From NCBI RefSeq assembly GCF_009914755.1, contig NC_060937.1: DNA of 64,000 bases. One strand, 5' to 3'. The stretch comes from the human T2T-CHM13v2.0 reference genome, Homo sapiens. Below the pieces are notes generated by a model. It was not told the DNA's origin. It saw only the letters and a program-made list of their open reading frames with translations, and made no database searches. How positions within the stretch are numbered: the stretch's first letter is position 1; each line of letters starts with the position of its first letter. A program made the translations under genes and the position numbers. This document shows, piece by piece, positions 44,902-59,648 of the stretch.

Positions 44902-44992
44902 TCCTTTCTTTTTTTTAAAATTGGCCTGCTGAATTTCCATAAGGTGAAAATAAATAAGACAACCCTGATTACATTTTCAGTTTTGAAATGCC

Positions 44993-44995
<3 letters not shown>

Positions 44996-45024
<29 letters not shown>
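44996..45024. repeat. Isolated poly(A) run (~29 nt)
   Basis: Direct inspection. Confidence 0.95.
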
Positions 45025-45025
<1 letters not shown>

Positions 45026-46044
45026 CCCATGACCAATCATACCATTAGTTTTAAAACAGGAATTGGACTAGTCTAGATAAAAGCTGCTGACTAGTACAAA
45101 GGGAAGAAGAGGCATTGATAGATTTAAATGTTAATAGGATCTATAATCATACTAAATCTTGGTTATTTTTACTATTGAGGAATTTGAGGAGAGACGTTAA
45201 AGGCTGGTGGGGATTAAGATACCTGTAGCCAAACTTAGTGAATCTTCTTTTTCTCAGCACCTTTACCTTATTATAAACAAATATCAGGAATAAAAGATGA
45301 AGTTATATAAAACAAACAAAATATTTTCCTTTGTTAACTTTCACCAGACAGGAAAGTATAGAAAATATTTGTCTGAGAGCATAATTGATGAAATTACAAT
45401 GTTTTAAAATACCATAATGGTTCTTTCTTATCTTCTTATGAAACTTTAATATTTTCAAGTTCGCAGATCTTTTATTTAATTTCTACCATTATGAACATGT
45501 TGCTCATTTTTTACCCTTATTCTACAAGGAAAAAATAGAGTTCCAAAATAAAGTAACACCAATTTTGTTTCATAGATATAACTATAAAATATTTAATATC
45601 GATATTTAGAATATGAAAAAAGAAACAAATTTATTTACTAATCCATTTTAATAAATATACACTGTTGTCTTTTAAAGAGGCTAAATAAAAATATAAAAAC
45701 ATAAAAGACTGATGAAAAGTTGTCCTAATCATTATAACCTGATTAGTAATTCCAGATAAGAAAGTGCCTCAGTTATTACCTGCGGAGTTTATTGAAAGTT
45801 ATCTATTTATTTAAATAGGTCTATTGTAAAAGTTATCTGTTTAAATATCTTAAATAGAGAAGAAACAAAGTTATTTTAAAATGTGAAAGTCAGGTGGAGA
45901 TAAAATTTGAGAATGTAGTGCAAATTATAAAGGTTTGGTTGTATGCAAATTATTTGAACTCCTTTTGTTTCAGTTTTCTTATAGATTAAATGGAGAAAAT
46001 TGAGTCATGGTGTTTTATGTACATGTAAGACTACATACTAAATA

Positions 46045-46680
46045 CAGGGGATTGGCTTTCTATTTCCCTTCAAAACACCTTCCAAGATGTTCTCTCCAGC
46101 AAAGCCCACAAAGTTAAAATCATATTTCTCAGTCATTCTTTAAATTCTGGATATGATGCATATTTGGCTAACCCAGATGAACTTGCTCAATTTTGGCAAG
46201 CAGAAGTGAGGCAGAGGCCACACTTTTGCTGCAGGTAAAATTTTGACTAGTGAATACTGTCCTAGAGATACTTGATTTTTTTTTCTGGCAATATTAGCAG
46301 AAGACCAGTATAAAGTCACTAGCTTTGTATGTGACAAGAGGTAGAGCTGAAGCTGGTGACAAAAAGGTGTGGCATGGTCTGCAGCTGGTGACAATAGCTG
46401 CTGCTGCAGCTGGTCATGGTGATTTTTTGCTTTTATAAGATTTCTGATTGTGGCAGAAGCTGTGTGCTTTGGGGGCTGGCAGCTAAAAAGATAGCTTCCC
46501 AATTCACTGTCCAGTGCTCAATTACAGAAAAGGTAGTAGCTTCTTTGATGGCTTGGTAGTCATTTATGGATACTCGATCTAAAGTCAGTTTCTTTTACCC
46601 TTGGATAAATCCCTTATTTCTTCAAGTGGCTTGAGGGGATAATGTATCCTGAAAAGAAACCACAGCCCTAAGGACAGATA
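46045..46680 (+). mobile_element. Probable ancient ERVL-class LTR (LTR33/LTR41-like)
   Basis: tttggcaagcagaagtgaggcagaggcca, GC-richer cagctg-rich core, LTR-like end; recalled resemblance only. Confidence 0.4.
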
Positions 46681-46781
46681 TCGATGCACAGTTTATAATT
46701 AATGGCAAAATGATCATATAATAGGGACAAAATACACATGTACACAAAATAAAGTGCACTTAATATTTTGAGCATAAGTAA

Positions 46782-47044
<263 letters not shown>

Positions 47045-50000
47045 AAGAGTGACCTTCTTAACTATATTCTGAATGAACTTACCGTGCTGAAAAAAACTCC
47101 AAATATTGTTTCCTTTTAACAAATCAAAGTTTACGTACTGGGATATAACTGAAAAGTGAGTGGGATATAAGTTAATTTTATTCTGAATATAACATTGTTC
47201 TCTAATCATTATACCTTTGTAAGTAGGTATTCCACTTAGCAAATGCATGTGGAAATAAGTCATCCAGGTAATATTGTGCATTGTCTATCGAAGGTTCTCT
47301 GTTGATTGCTTTGTATGTTGCATTATTGATATAAATATTTAAGTGCCATGCACTGGAGAGTATATAGAGTGAAATAAATTGCAACCAAAACCAAATGCAG
47401 TGAGGAAATATAACTTTAATAAAAATATTAAATCAAAGAAATTTATAGATTGTGGCCAACTATGTCCTTTTTCTCAAAAAGAAATTTACATTAACTTACA
47501 GCAACATGTGTGCAGTCTACATTTGATTGCTCCCAAGTTATTTGAAAAGTCTCCAAACAACATTGAATGCATTTAAAAACACATGGTACTGCTATTGCGT
47601 TTTGGAAAAACAGCTATCGTAAGTCACCTTGTGGTCATCAAGAACCAAGTCAGCTTAAATAGCAATAACCAGCAGATGTATGACAAAGGCAGGAAAACTG
47701 AGTCTTTGGCTTCTGCCTCCAGCAAAGTAACAGGAAATGAACAGCTCAGGACATATGGGCAGACTACATATTCCACTTTAATTTTTTTTTTACTAAAACA
47801 AGAACTATTGCACAGGACATGCTTCATACCCTTCAGTTAAAGCAGCTATAATCACCAGTATTGCAATGTGTTGTTCCTACAAGCAATGTTTTTATATAAA
47901 GTTATTAAAAGACAAAAGGGCTTTTATTGTTTTATGTATTTTCAAACTGCTACTCAAGTTTTATACTTTGTAAGATTTTTTTAAAAAAAAGCAGTTATGT
48001 AAATTTTGGTTTCTCACATTGAAATGATGAAAATCTTATTTAAAATTTCATAAGATTCCATAAAAGCTGTCCTTCTGAATCATAGATGGAGAATTTTAAA
48101 CAGTAAAGGATCTTGCAGCTTATTACGTCTTGTCCCGCAAACCTCACAACCTCAACAATTATAAAATAAGGAAGCAGTCTCATTTTAGTTAAGAGATTTA
48201 ACTGAGGTCACATCTACTGTGTATTAATTAGCAATTTGCTTAAATATACCATAATTATGAACATTTATTTTAAAATATACATATTTTCTTTATCTTTCTA
48301 CCTCTGTCTTTATCTAATATCTTTCACATAAGCACATATAATTTTGTCTCACAAGACTAGGAAAGAGCAGTGCATGGGCAATTTTTTACTTTACTATAGA
48401 CATAGTTTTTGAGGTCAGGCCTGAGTAATGAATGAGAAAATCTTACAGACACATTTGAAATATGAATGGGTTTTGCCACTGTTCTAGCCAAGGGACAGTG
48501 CTGGTCTTCCCTTCATCCTCATTTAGACTACTAAAGGGACAGTTCATCTCATTCTCCCATCTTTCATCCTGAACCAGAGTAAGCATAGTCACTAAAAAGA
48601 TGTGGGTAGTTCAGGTGAGGTACTTGAATGGAGATAAGCAGAATATTGGAGGAAAAGCAAGTTCTCCTTTTGTTGGGTAATTTAAGTGTACAGGAGTGGC
48701 TTCAGTTGGAAAACTACAAGAAAGAGTAACGGGGCTCTGAGATTCTTCAACATTGGATGGGTAAGAGATGAACTGCAAATCTTGGTGGGCTTCCACTAGA
48801 CTTTCTTGTCCTGGCTGGGTGGAGAAGATGCTCAACAGTTCCTAAAGCGGACTCCAGTCCTCTCTCTGGGAACCTCTAATGGCCAGTTCTTTGATTTTAT
48901 GGCCTATAATACTTCTAAGGTCATAGCTTCTCTTCTCATCAAGGAGGGTTTCATCTCTTCTCCCCAAGGAGTGGGTATGGGTGACTTTTCTGCCTCTATT
49001 CTCCTTTAATCTCTTGTTTTGGGTTTAGCCACTATCCTCAGCTTTTCTTCAGGGTCTTCCTTTTGATCCTAAAGAGCATATCTGTCAAACACAAAATATT
49101 CTTTTTTTCATTTTTATTAAAGAATATGCTTGCACTAGCAATGCTGATTCTTCTCCAGACAATGCAAATGAGGCTGAATGCCTATAAGGTGACAATTTAG
49201 AAAAATAAAAGTATGATGGTTAATATTTCACACATAAGTAGAAGGTTAATTAATATTAATTGATAAATTAATATTTCATATATAAGTAAAATGTTTTTAG
49301 TTCCTAGCCTAAGGCTACTGAGGATTATAAGATTCCCACTTCTGCCACAGAATATATTACCTCTTATTTGTAGTCACTCTGCAACAGGGAATTTGGTGGA
49401 AGTCAGAAACAGTACGTTCATCTTGATGATGTCCACAGATTTCAACAAATTTATGAGCCAGCTTATATTAATAGCTTAAGGGTTGGAACATATTTTTAGA
49501 AAAATTGTGCACTTTAATAACTATGTTTACAGTAACTTCTGATAAAGTAATGAAAATTTATTCATGACTATTTTACTGGCACTGGCACTAGCAATGTTGA
49601 GCTTGACGAAGTCTAGTGTGAATAACAGAAATAGGTCAGAAGATACTGCAGAAGGGATTCATGGTTGTAGGAGAAACAAATGAGAACCCCTGAATGCACA
49701 TAACCATTGCCTTCTGAGCTATTCACAAATATTTTTATGAGATAAATATCAAGACCATACCATATCTCCCCACTCTTTCATCCTTCTACATATTGAATGC
49801 CTATTGTACCAGATATTAAATTCTTCCTTGAATGAAACCATTGAATCCTTATTATAGTATTCCGTGTGCGTAAAATTTTCCACATATTAGGGAGTAGTGA
49901 ACTGAGGCAAAAGGTAGTGAAGATGACATAATATGAACAAAACCAAACTCCCCAAAATATTCTCCAGCCTCCAAGTGCAGCAGTATGTGCATCACATCAC

Positions 50001-50084
50001 AGATGCCTCTGGAGCTGCTAGCAACTTGAGAATCTGTGCTGCCCTCTGCCTGTACGCAATGTGAGGTTTTTTTAAAAAATAATA

Positions 50085-50305
50085 ATAATCAATGGCATGT
50101 ATTGACCACTTACCACATACTCTTACAAGCACTTTATATGCATTTTTAAATTTAATTATTAATATAAAAAGACAGTCATTTATTTTCTGCTTAGGAAAAC
50201 TGAAGCTATGAATGATTCAGTAATTTCCTAAAATCACACACTTATGCCTAGGGTAGTATCAAACACAAGCAGTTGGACTTCAGAGCACTTACTACTAAAC
50301 ATTAG
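50085..50305 (-). mobile_element. MIR
   Basis: tattgaccacttac..caagcactttatatgcatt..ggaaaactgaagct..agtaatttcctaaaatcacaca. Confidence 0.65.
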
Positions 50306-50500
50306 ACCACAAATCAAAGGATAATGTCAAAAACACCCACAGTCTTTGTTTCTGGTTTCTTGGGGAAGCATTTGTATTAATTTGTGCATTGTAATATGTG
50401 TTCTATCTACAAACATTTTGTACCAAACTCATAAATGCAGTACTTGTCAATTTTATTGGAAATAGTTAGACTGAAGTTAATCAATTAAAAAATCTACATG

Positions 50501-50710
50501 TAGCAGTCCCTTCTTATCTGTGGTTTCTTTTTCTGTGGTTTCAGTTACCTGCAATCAACTGTGATCCGAAAATTGTTACATGAAAAATTCCACAAACGAA
50601 CAATTCATAAGTTTTAAATTAGGCATCCTTCTGAGTAGTGCGATGAAGTTTCATGCTGTCCCACTCTGTCCTGCCCAGAACATGAATCATCCCTTCCTCC
50701 TGCTTATCTG
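50501..50710 (+). mobile_element. MER44/Tigger7 DNA transposon fragment (one end)
   Basis: cagtcccttcttatctgtggtttc..tttcagttacctgcaatcaactgtgatccgaaaa..aacaattcataagttttaaatt. Confidence 0.85.
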
Positions 50711-50719
50711 TGAGTCCAC

Positions 50720-51030
50720 GCAGCAATCTGGACAGAACTGGAGGCTATTATCTTAAATAGAACAACTCAGAAACAGAAAGTCCAGTACTGCAGGTTCTCA
50801 CTTATAAGTGGATGCTAAACAATGTGTGCACATGGATATACAGTGCGGATTAATAGACATTGAAGACTCAGAAGAATGGGGTTGGGTGAAGGACTAGTAA
50901 TTACTTAATCAGTATGTGTATTATTTAGGTGATGGTTACAATAAGAGGCTAGATTTCACCAGTGTCCAATATATCCATGTAACACAACTATACTTGGACT
51001 CCTTAAATTTATACAAAATTTTTTAAAGTG
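50720..51030 (+). mobile_element. L1MA 3' end fragment
   Basis: gaactggaggctattatcttaa..actcagaaacagaaagtc..ttctcacttataagtgg. Confidence 0.85.
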
Positions 51031-51821
51031 ATTACTTTTTTTGGAATATTCAAAATATATGGATTATCTGAGTAAAGAATAGTATCATTCTTTTATTTAT
51101 TTATTTACATTTGTAGGTATTCAGAGGAAAATTATTGAATTAATATTCACTCATATACACAACTGACTCGTAGTCTATTAATGAATAAAATACCCATGAT
51201 AAAATAAGGACTATTGCTGTTCTAAGGACTGAGTTACTTGTTCTATTGGAAAGCATTGCATTTTCCCCAAAGTTGCTTTGAGACATGATTTTTATGTTGA
51301 GGATGTGGAAGCACTTTCTGCAAGCAGTCAATTGTAATCTGTTTTTTGTTAAAGAAGAAAGAGCAATTAGGAATGTCTTAATGTTATTTCAAATTACGTA
51401 GCAGCACCTATGCCATAGTTGAGTCAGAAATAGTTTCTTTTCTTTCTTCTCCTGGTGACATCTTTAAATTACTGGTTTTCTCTTAGCTAAAGAACTGGAG
51501 AATTTATATACTGGAGTGTTGGTTGAACTCTACCCAACTGCTTTTTAAAAGTTCAAAAATCATGAAAAATTACTTTCAACTTTCTGAATCTACAACTTTT
51601 AGTTCTTTCACATCTGCTCAAAACAGCCCTTCTAATGAACAAATTGGATTAGCGGTATGAGATCAGATCAATTATTTTTTGATAAAGTTACGTTGTTTGA
51701 TAGATTTATACCTATGATGGTAACTATGATGCTGGTAATGACTAAATTTATTAAAAGTAAAATGATGATTTGTTGTGCACTTACACCTTTTATCTTTAAT
51801 CAGCTCTTCATTATCATTTAA

Positions 51822-52199
<378 letters not shown>

Positions 52200-54622
52200 T
52201 CAGATAATTCAGGTTTTTCAATAGGGGTCAGCATAGAATATTTTCTCAATATTCTTCAAGAATTGAATGACTCTTTCATTTAAATATAATTTTATTTGAA
52301 AACCTCATATTTTTAACTCAAAACCAAATATAGCCTATAGACAAAGGTATATTTAAAATTTTAAACAAAAGCAAAATATGGCATGCAGAATTCATTAGGC
52401 CATCAATTTACTGTCTCAGTAGTAAGAAAGGGGGGCAGTGTACATTTGAATGATCAAATCATATAGTTTTACTAAACTACTGAATCTGAGTAATTACAGA
52501 TTACATTTCAAGAGGACTTTAGCTGATTTACAAATTTAGTAGAAATCATATAAAACGAGGTGGCTTTACATAAATTAGATTAAAAATTTGTGGTGGTTAA
52601 AACTCAAATACCAGACAACTCCAAAATCAAATGAATCCAGCAACAAAAGAATAGTTACTTTTTATGTAAGCATCTAGAAATCTCAATTGAATTTTTATAT
52701 AATGCTTCCTTCATGTAGACTATTTTTCATAAGGATATATTAGAGTTAAACCTTTGGCAAAAAAAGTTATTTGGAAGGAAATTAGTGATACATTTTCTCA
52801 ATGATTTTATTAATTAAAATTAATCTGTTAATTTCATTTACTGTGACTATTTATATGTTTGAATTAGACTCCACCATGTTGCTTGCTGTTTTTTGTTTGT
52901 TCCCTCTGTTCTTTGTTTTCCCTTTTCTTTTTCCAATTTTTCTTGGGTAATTGTGAATTTTTATAAGTTCATTTTATCCTTAATAATGGCTTATTGCTTA
53001 TTTCTCTTTAAAAATGAATGGTTCCCTGGGATTTGAAATATAATATTCAATCAGAATGTAGCTCAAAATAATATTATGCCACTATATGTATGGTACAATA
53101 ATCTTATTCTCTTTCACATTGCTAATATTGCTAGTAGAACTATAAAATAATTTATGTTTTAAAAAATAATGTATCTATACGTTAAAAACATCAAAATCCA
53201 AAAGCTCAAATCAGAAAAATCTAATCTAATCTAAGATATAATTTGAAGAACAGAAACTTACTATAAAAACTTTTTAATATAGCATCACTTATAGCCAAAA
53301 AAGAAACTATCTTCTAATAATTAGAGAAATAATTATGGTTAATTATGCAAATATTATTACAAGGTGTTAGAAATTACTTTTTGGTAATTAAAATTGACAT
53401 TTCAATGAGAAATGGTTCAGGGTATGCTTAAATCTAAGGAAAAAAGTAACAAAATTATACATGCAGTAGGATACATATATATAAATAAAAACAATGTTAG
53501 AAAAGTAACTAGAAGCAAAATGCAAAAACAGTTAAAATTTACAATACAATTTCTTAAATACTAAGGTAAGTTTGAATTACGTCTAAATGAGTAAATAAAT
53601 AAGAAAATCCAATTTTTCTGTAAAATGAGACTAATGAGTGGGTACCAACTCCACTAAAAGTATAAAACTGTGAAATTGCTTTAAAAATTAAAATAATATT
53701 TCGGTGGTTCAGGAGTAGATCAATACAATAGAAAATAAATCTACTAAATAAACTCTTGCATTTGCAAGACTTTAGAAAATTGTACAGATGATATCTAAAA
53801 TTAATTTAGAAAAGACAGAATAGACTAGCATAGAAGGTAGAGGTTATAAATAGCTGCTTTACAATCCTGGGTTTTTATGATAAATGTCAAAATTATTATT
53901 TATTTGACATTGTACAAGTTAAGTAAATTTGCATGCTGTAAGTATCTGTACTAGGGCTTGTTAAGAAAATTGTTTATTGACAAGTTTGACATACTTAATA
54001 CACAGCAGCTATTATTATTAGCATTATTTTTATTCTATTAACGTTCCTGGAAAACAAGTCAGCTCATACACAAAGGCACACCTACACATGCACACATGAA
54101 GAAGGTCAAAGTATTATGAAAACAAAATCCAAAAAAGTTACTGTATCTTGTATGTGAAGCTATGAATTATACACAATAAGCTTTTCAAAAAAGGAAAATA
54201 TTTATAGATCCGTCTACATAAATTTCAAAATCCTTTGCACAAAAATATATGGCAATCTTGGCTTACCTTAAAATTGAAATGACCAAATATACTGTTAAAA
54301 TAGAAAAGAATCTCTATTTATGCAAGAACTTAAGAAAATATGACATGTATAAAAGTTTGGGATACTTCAGATGACGTAATTTAAGAGCAACCTGCCTAAG
54401 GGAGGGACGATTTATCTACTAGATACAATATGAGAAATAAAACTTCACATACTTAGTTTGACTGCTCCCATAAAAACCTTTTAAAAATAGATATGGCTGT
54501 ACTTCCTTCTTCACTTCCTCCCTCTGTCCCTCTCTCTCTTCATTCCTTCCTGAATAATTAAGTGAAAAATAATAATAAGAAGGCAATTCCAAGTGAGGAA
54601 GGGAATTCAGCAGAGGTCAGAA

Positions 54623-54814
54623 TGATGCTGTGCTGGTAAACAGATTATCTGAAAAAAAGCACTGATTTGTAGCATTTGCCAATTTCTGTAATGTCAATAC
54701 ACCAATCATAGCTGATTTCAAGCTACTGACAATTCAATAACTGTCTTGTATCATTTATAAATTCTTAAAAATCAGCTCCTGTGAGCCTGAATGAGCCAAC
54801 TACAGCACATCATG
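54623..54814 (-). mobile_element. MER63 (hAT-Blackjack) copy 1
   Basis: tgtgctggtaaa ... ctgatttgtagcatttgccaatttc ... catagctgatttcaagcta ... cagcacatcatg. Confidence 0.75.
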
Positions 54815-54873
54815 GGGTCAAAGCCCCTGAGAAGGTGAGTACATAGCCAAAGGTCAAGAGATTGATTATGGAT

Positions 54874-55048
54874 TAGTTGTGGCCTGGAGCTGGTTCCACT
54901 GACTTGTGAGAAGTCAGTTGTGTGTATCTCTTCCCAACTGTGCTTTCAATGAATTCAAGTTGATAATCTGAAATCAGCTATGGTGGGAATATTTATATTA
55001 CAGAAAATTGACAAAGATTAAAAATCAGGGATGTTGTGAGCCTTTTTT
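54874..55048 (+). mobile_element. MER63 copy 2, inverted relative to copy 1
   Basis: ctggagctggttcc ... tgaaatcagctatggtgggaatattta ... aaatcaggg. Confidence 0.7.
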
Positions 55049-55379
55049 TGCATAAAGAGATTGGAAATAAAATTCTATAATAACTGAAAATAGTTGGGTC
55101 TGAAAAGCAATAAAGTATATTAAAATTTCTGGCAAACTTGTTCAATTTTTATGGGTTTATTCAGAAAATTTTTAATAAAGACTTAGGAATCTTTTACCAC
55201 TAAATATTATGTTAATGCAAGACTATATTTTTTCCTTTGTTAAAATTAACACTGACCAGCACATCACTACATACAGGAAAGATGGCCAGTATTTGGGGTT
55301 AGGCTTCCCATGCTTGGAGATGAGTGTCACAAACTTGTCACAGGTCAAATCTAGGACAAATAAATAAATAAATGTGGAT

Positions 55380-55625
55380 GAGCCAGGCAAAGAATAGCCA
55401 GGCACTGAGCAACATGACAAAACCCTGTGTCTACAAAAAAATAAAAAAATTAGCAGGGCGTGGTATCAAGCACCAGTGGTTCCACCTACTCAGGAGGCTG
55501 AAATAGGAGGATCACCAGAGCCTGGGAAGTCAAGGTGACAGTAAACCATGATTACACTACTACACTCAGCCTGGGTGACAGAGCGAGGCCCGGGTTCAAA
55601 AATAAATAAATAAATAAATAAAAAC
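55380..55625 (+). mobile_element. AluJ with most of the left arm deleted
   Basis: ctgagcaacatgacaaaaccctgtgtctacaaaa..ggaggatcacc..gggtgacagagcgagg + (TAAA)n. Confidence 0.85.
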
Positions 55626-58298
55626 TAAAAATAGATAAAAATTGGAAAATTGGATCCTTTAGTTATAAAATGTAGAACTGGGCAGTTGATAAAATTTTAA
55701 TGAGGCCTCTTGATTAGGGTATATGAGAATTCTTTGCATTATTCTTCTACCTCATTTAAAATTGTTTCAAGTTTAAAACTAGTTGAATAAAAAGTTAAAA
55801 CCAAAATGAAATTTAAAATATAATAATTGAATAACAAAACAAAACAAAAATACTTTTGGCCTGTGAAAATCTTTGATTTTGTTGACTATCTTGAGTTTAT
55901 CACATTTTTGGAATCATGTTTGATTGCAATTGAGTCTGATTTTAAGAGGAAAATAATTTATAATACATAGGAGTATACAAGCACTCACTTCAATTCCATT
56001 TTCAGAGTCATTCTGCTCTGACTCCAAACCCCATGGCATCTTGCAATGCAAAATGTACGTATATGGAGAAAAGTTTCGTTACTGACTTGTGCTTGAACAT
56101 TATTTCTGTTGATATTTTAACTTATACATTGCCAATATGATTGATAATAGAGCTTTCCAAATTTGAAGTTATTTAAAAATTTGTATAAGTTGAAATAGCT
56201 CCCTATTAGAGTAATACAGGAAATTAGAGGCATTACAAAGCAAATAGTTGGTTGAAGCATCAGAGAAATAACAAGAATAAGATCCAAAACACAAAAGTCA
56301 CTAGTCATTCAACCTATATGGGGGAAAAAAGTCTTTAACAGAAAATGAGAGAAGTTAGAAAATAACATTTTCCTGATAAGTACAATTTTATCGTATAGCA
56401 AGCTTTCATATTGTGGAAGTTAGGCCTTTAAAATACTAGGTTTCTACAAAAAGTGGCAAACTCTTCCATTGATAGTAATTGGATATAATAAAAATAAATA
56501 TAATTATGTCCTAGACTTTTCCACCCTTTGATGGAATTTTTTACTAGAAGCTTTTTAAATTTAAATTTAAAATTTTTAAATATTTTAGAGTGTGTACTTC
56601 TAATTTACTGAGGAAGAATAGAGTTAGTAGCAGTTTTGTAATCTGTCCAAGGCCACACACTATTGAAGCAATAATTCCACAGGGGCAGTATTATTCTGAA
56701 CAGTTCCCTTAATCCCTCATGGAAAAATATATGCTCATAATTTAAAATTATTTTACTTTCTTTTCATTTTTGCATGGATCTTGGTGAGTTTTAGTCATTT
56801 TTACATCACTGGTTTTATATTCTATATGCTATTCAACATTATAAATGTGAATTACACAGTTAGAACAAATATTAATTTCAAAATGTAAAATGTGATACAT
56901 TTTGAATAAAATAAAAGTTTATTAAGTGCATAGTAGATGTAGAAATCCTACAGAATTAAATTGTAGATATTGCAATAAATTATATATATTGTTATATTTA
57001 TATTATAAAACAATATACAATATACATTACAGAATATAAATATATACTAGCATTTATATATACCATGGTATCTACTCTAGATAATTCAGTATATGGAGTT
57101 TAGTTATATGTACATTTAACGTGTGTTTTTTAAAATAACTGCAATATCAACAGCTTTCTTGAAGGAATAGAAGCAAACAGTGGCCTTAGATAAGGCAGAA
57201 AGTAGGTCATCATTTTGTAACTCATCAAGGTTTGGCTGTGGGATTTCTCCACTTCCCTGATGAATAATGTACCACAGAGAAAATTTGATGAGCAGTTGCC
57301 TTATTCTTTTTCTAATTGGTGAGGAAACTTCTTCACCCTTCTTCTGAATCATAACCACCACTATCTATGTGGCATCCTACCATCCAAATAGACATTTGCT
57401 GAAAAAAATACAATCACACATACAATTTTCCTTTAAAATTATGATCCATTGGAATCAGATAGAGGCACTAGGCAGGTAAACTCTAATCATGATTGAAACA
57501 AGACTTATATCTTATTTCCAAATCTGAAATAGAAGAAACCAAAAAGAAATCCAGTCATCCTCTTGTATCAGTTACATATTCTTATCAAGAATTTTTTGAA
57601 TCTTGAGTTAATATGCGAGATCATCTTCACAAAATAAAGTGGAGATTAAATAATAACAGAAAAAAATCATTTTTTGCAAATGCTTTTGAACTGAATTGAA
57701 TTGGATTGAATTTTCTCTTCTCTATATTGTTCATTTAATGTTGGAATGTCCAAGATGAATTTACCAGACACCTTGGAATCCTACTGTTTAGACGCCCACC
57801 TAAGCAGCTGACGTCACCTTTTACAGGCTATGGAAGATAAACTGCATTTGTGAAAGAGCTGTTCTTCAGTTATGAAAAAGGACTGAGGAATCAATTGTGA
57901 ATGGACTTGGGCAACTTTGTTGGTTCAGTTTATAAACAGTTTGAAAAGTTTTGAAACTTTCCCAGAACACTTTGGCTCAGAGACAACTGTGTAAAACTAT
58001 ATAAAAACAAACTTAGTGCTCACATTGTCCCTAACTGCTGCAGTATGACAGATATTTTCCTTTTAATATTTTCAGTATTTGTTGTTTAATCCTGATCTGC
58101 CATTAGATATCCCTGTTTCCCTTTCAGAGCCAGGAGAATCATGTGTACTATATAAAATAGTTTAATTTGCTTTGAAGAACAAAACACTTTTAAACAATGT
58201 AATATGTATCATGTTAATTGGTGAGTATATTTTATTACTTACACTCTATTTTTCAGAACAATTTTAGATTTAAGAAAAATTGAGAAGATCATGTAGAG

Positions 58299-58656
58299 CA
58301 GGGTCCCCAAACTTTTTGGCACCAGGGACTGGTTTCAGGGAAGATAGTTTTTCCACAGACTGGGGGTGGAGGTGGGGATGGGGGTGGCAGAGGTGGTGGG
58401 GTAGTTTGGGAGTGAAATTGTCCCCCCTCAGATCATCAGGCTTTAGATTCTTACAAGGAGTGCACAACCTAGATCCCTGGCATGTGCAGTTCTCAATAGG
58501 GTTTACACTCCTACGAGAATCTAATGCCACCGCTGATCTGACAGTAGGCAGAGCTCAGGGAGTAATGCAGGCTTACCCATTGCTCACGTACTGCTGTGCA
58601 GCCCAGTTCCTGAAAGGATCGCTACCAGTCTGAGGCCTGGGAGTTGGTGACCCCCG
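58299..58656 (+). mobile_element. MER1B (hAT-Charlie), complete
   Basis: TIRs cagggtccccaa / ttggtgacccccg; 8-bp TSD atgtagag / atgtagaa. Confidence 0.92.
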
Positions 58657-59300
58657 ATGTAGAAAGTTCCCATATAGCCCACAGCAAGTTTCTCATGTTA
58701 ATAATATTATAGATTTTTCTATGGTAAACTTGTCACAATTAATGAGCCAATATTGATTAATTGTTATTAATCAAAGTCCATCATTTATTCAGATTTCTGT
58801 AGTTTACATCTAATGTCTATTTATGATCTGAGATATCATCCAAGATATCCAGTTTTCGTATCTCCTCAGCCTTCTCTTGGCTATGTCAGTTTCTCAGACT
58901 TTCCTGGTTTTTTATGAACATGAGAGTCTTGAGTAGGTATTTTGTAGAATATTTCTTGATTGAAATTTGTCTGATGTTTCTTTCATTATCAGACTGGTGT
59001 ATGGATTTTGGGGAGTAAAATCACAGAATTGCCATTGTTATCACATCACATCAAGGGTACATCATATTAACATAACTTACCAATAGTTAATATTGACTTT
59101 GATCATCTGGCTGAGATTGTGTTTGTCCAGTTTCTCCACAGTAAGGTTATTCTTTCCATTGCCTCAATTCTAAGTTGAAATTCTTGAAAAAAAGTCTCTA
59201 TCAGCAGCTCACTCTTCATCAGTGAAGATTTACTCCTTGTGGGCAGAGTGGCTACATTATTAAGATTTCTTCTGCAAGGGAGATTTGTCTGTTCACTACC

Positions 59301-59648
59301 TGTATTAGTCTGTTTTCACACTGCTATAAAGACACTACCTGAGACTGAGTAATTTATAAAGAAAGAAGGTTTAATTGATTCACAGTTCTGCATGGCTGGG
59401 AAGGCCTCAGGAAAATTACAATCATAGTGGAGGGAGAGCGGGAAGCAAGGCACGTCTTACATGGTAGCAGGAGAGAGAGTGGACAGGGGAAACTGCCATT
59501 TTTAAAACCATCAGATCTCAATCATGAGAAAAACATGGGGGAAGCCTACCCCATGATCCAATCACCTCCCACCAGATCCCTCCCTCAACACATTGGGATT
59601 ACAATTTGAGATGAGATTTGGGTGGGGACACAGAGCAAAACCATATTA
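59301..59648 (-). mobile_element. MaLR solo LTR (THE1D-like)
   Basis: tgtattagtc ... gagatttgggtggggacacagagcaaaaccatatta; perfect TSD ctacc (59296-59300, 59649-59653). Confidence 0.93.

Noticed and set aside
57116-57361. 81-aa minus-strand ORF with protein-like composition
   Set aside because: No recognisable family, no convincing splice sites, length expected by chance
58361-58402. G-quadruplex-like G runs
   Set aside because: Falls in the normally G-rich part of MER1B and needs a 13-nt loop; no sign of special function
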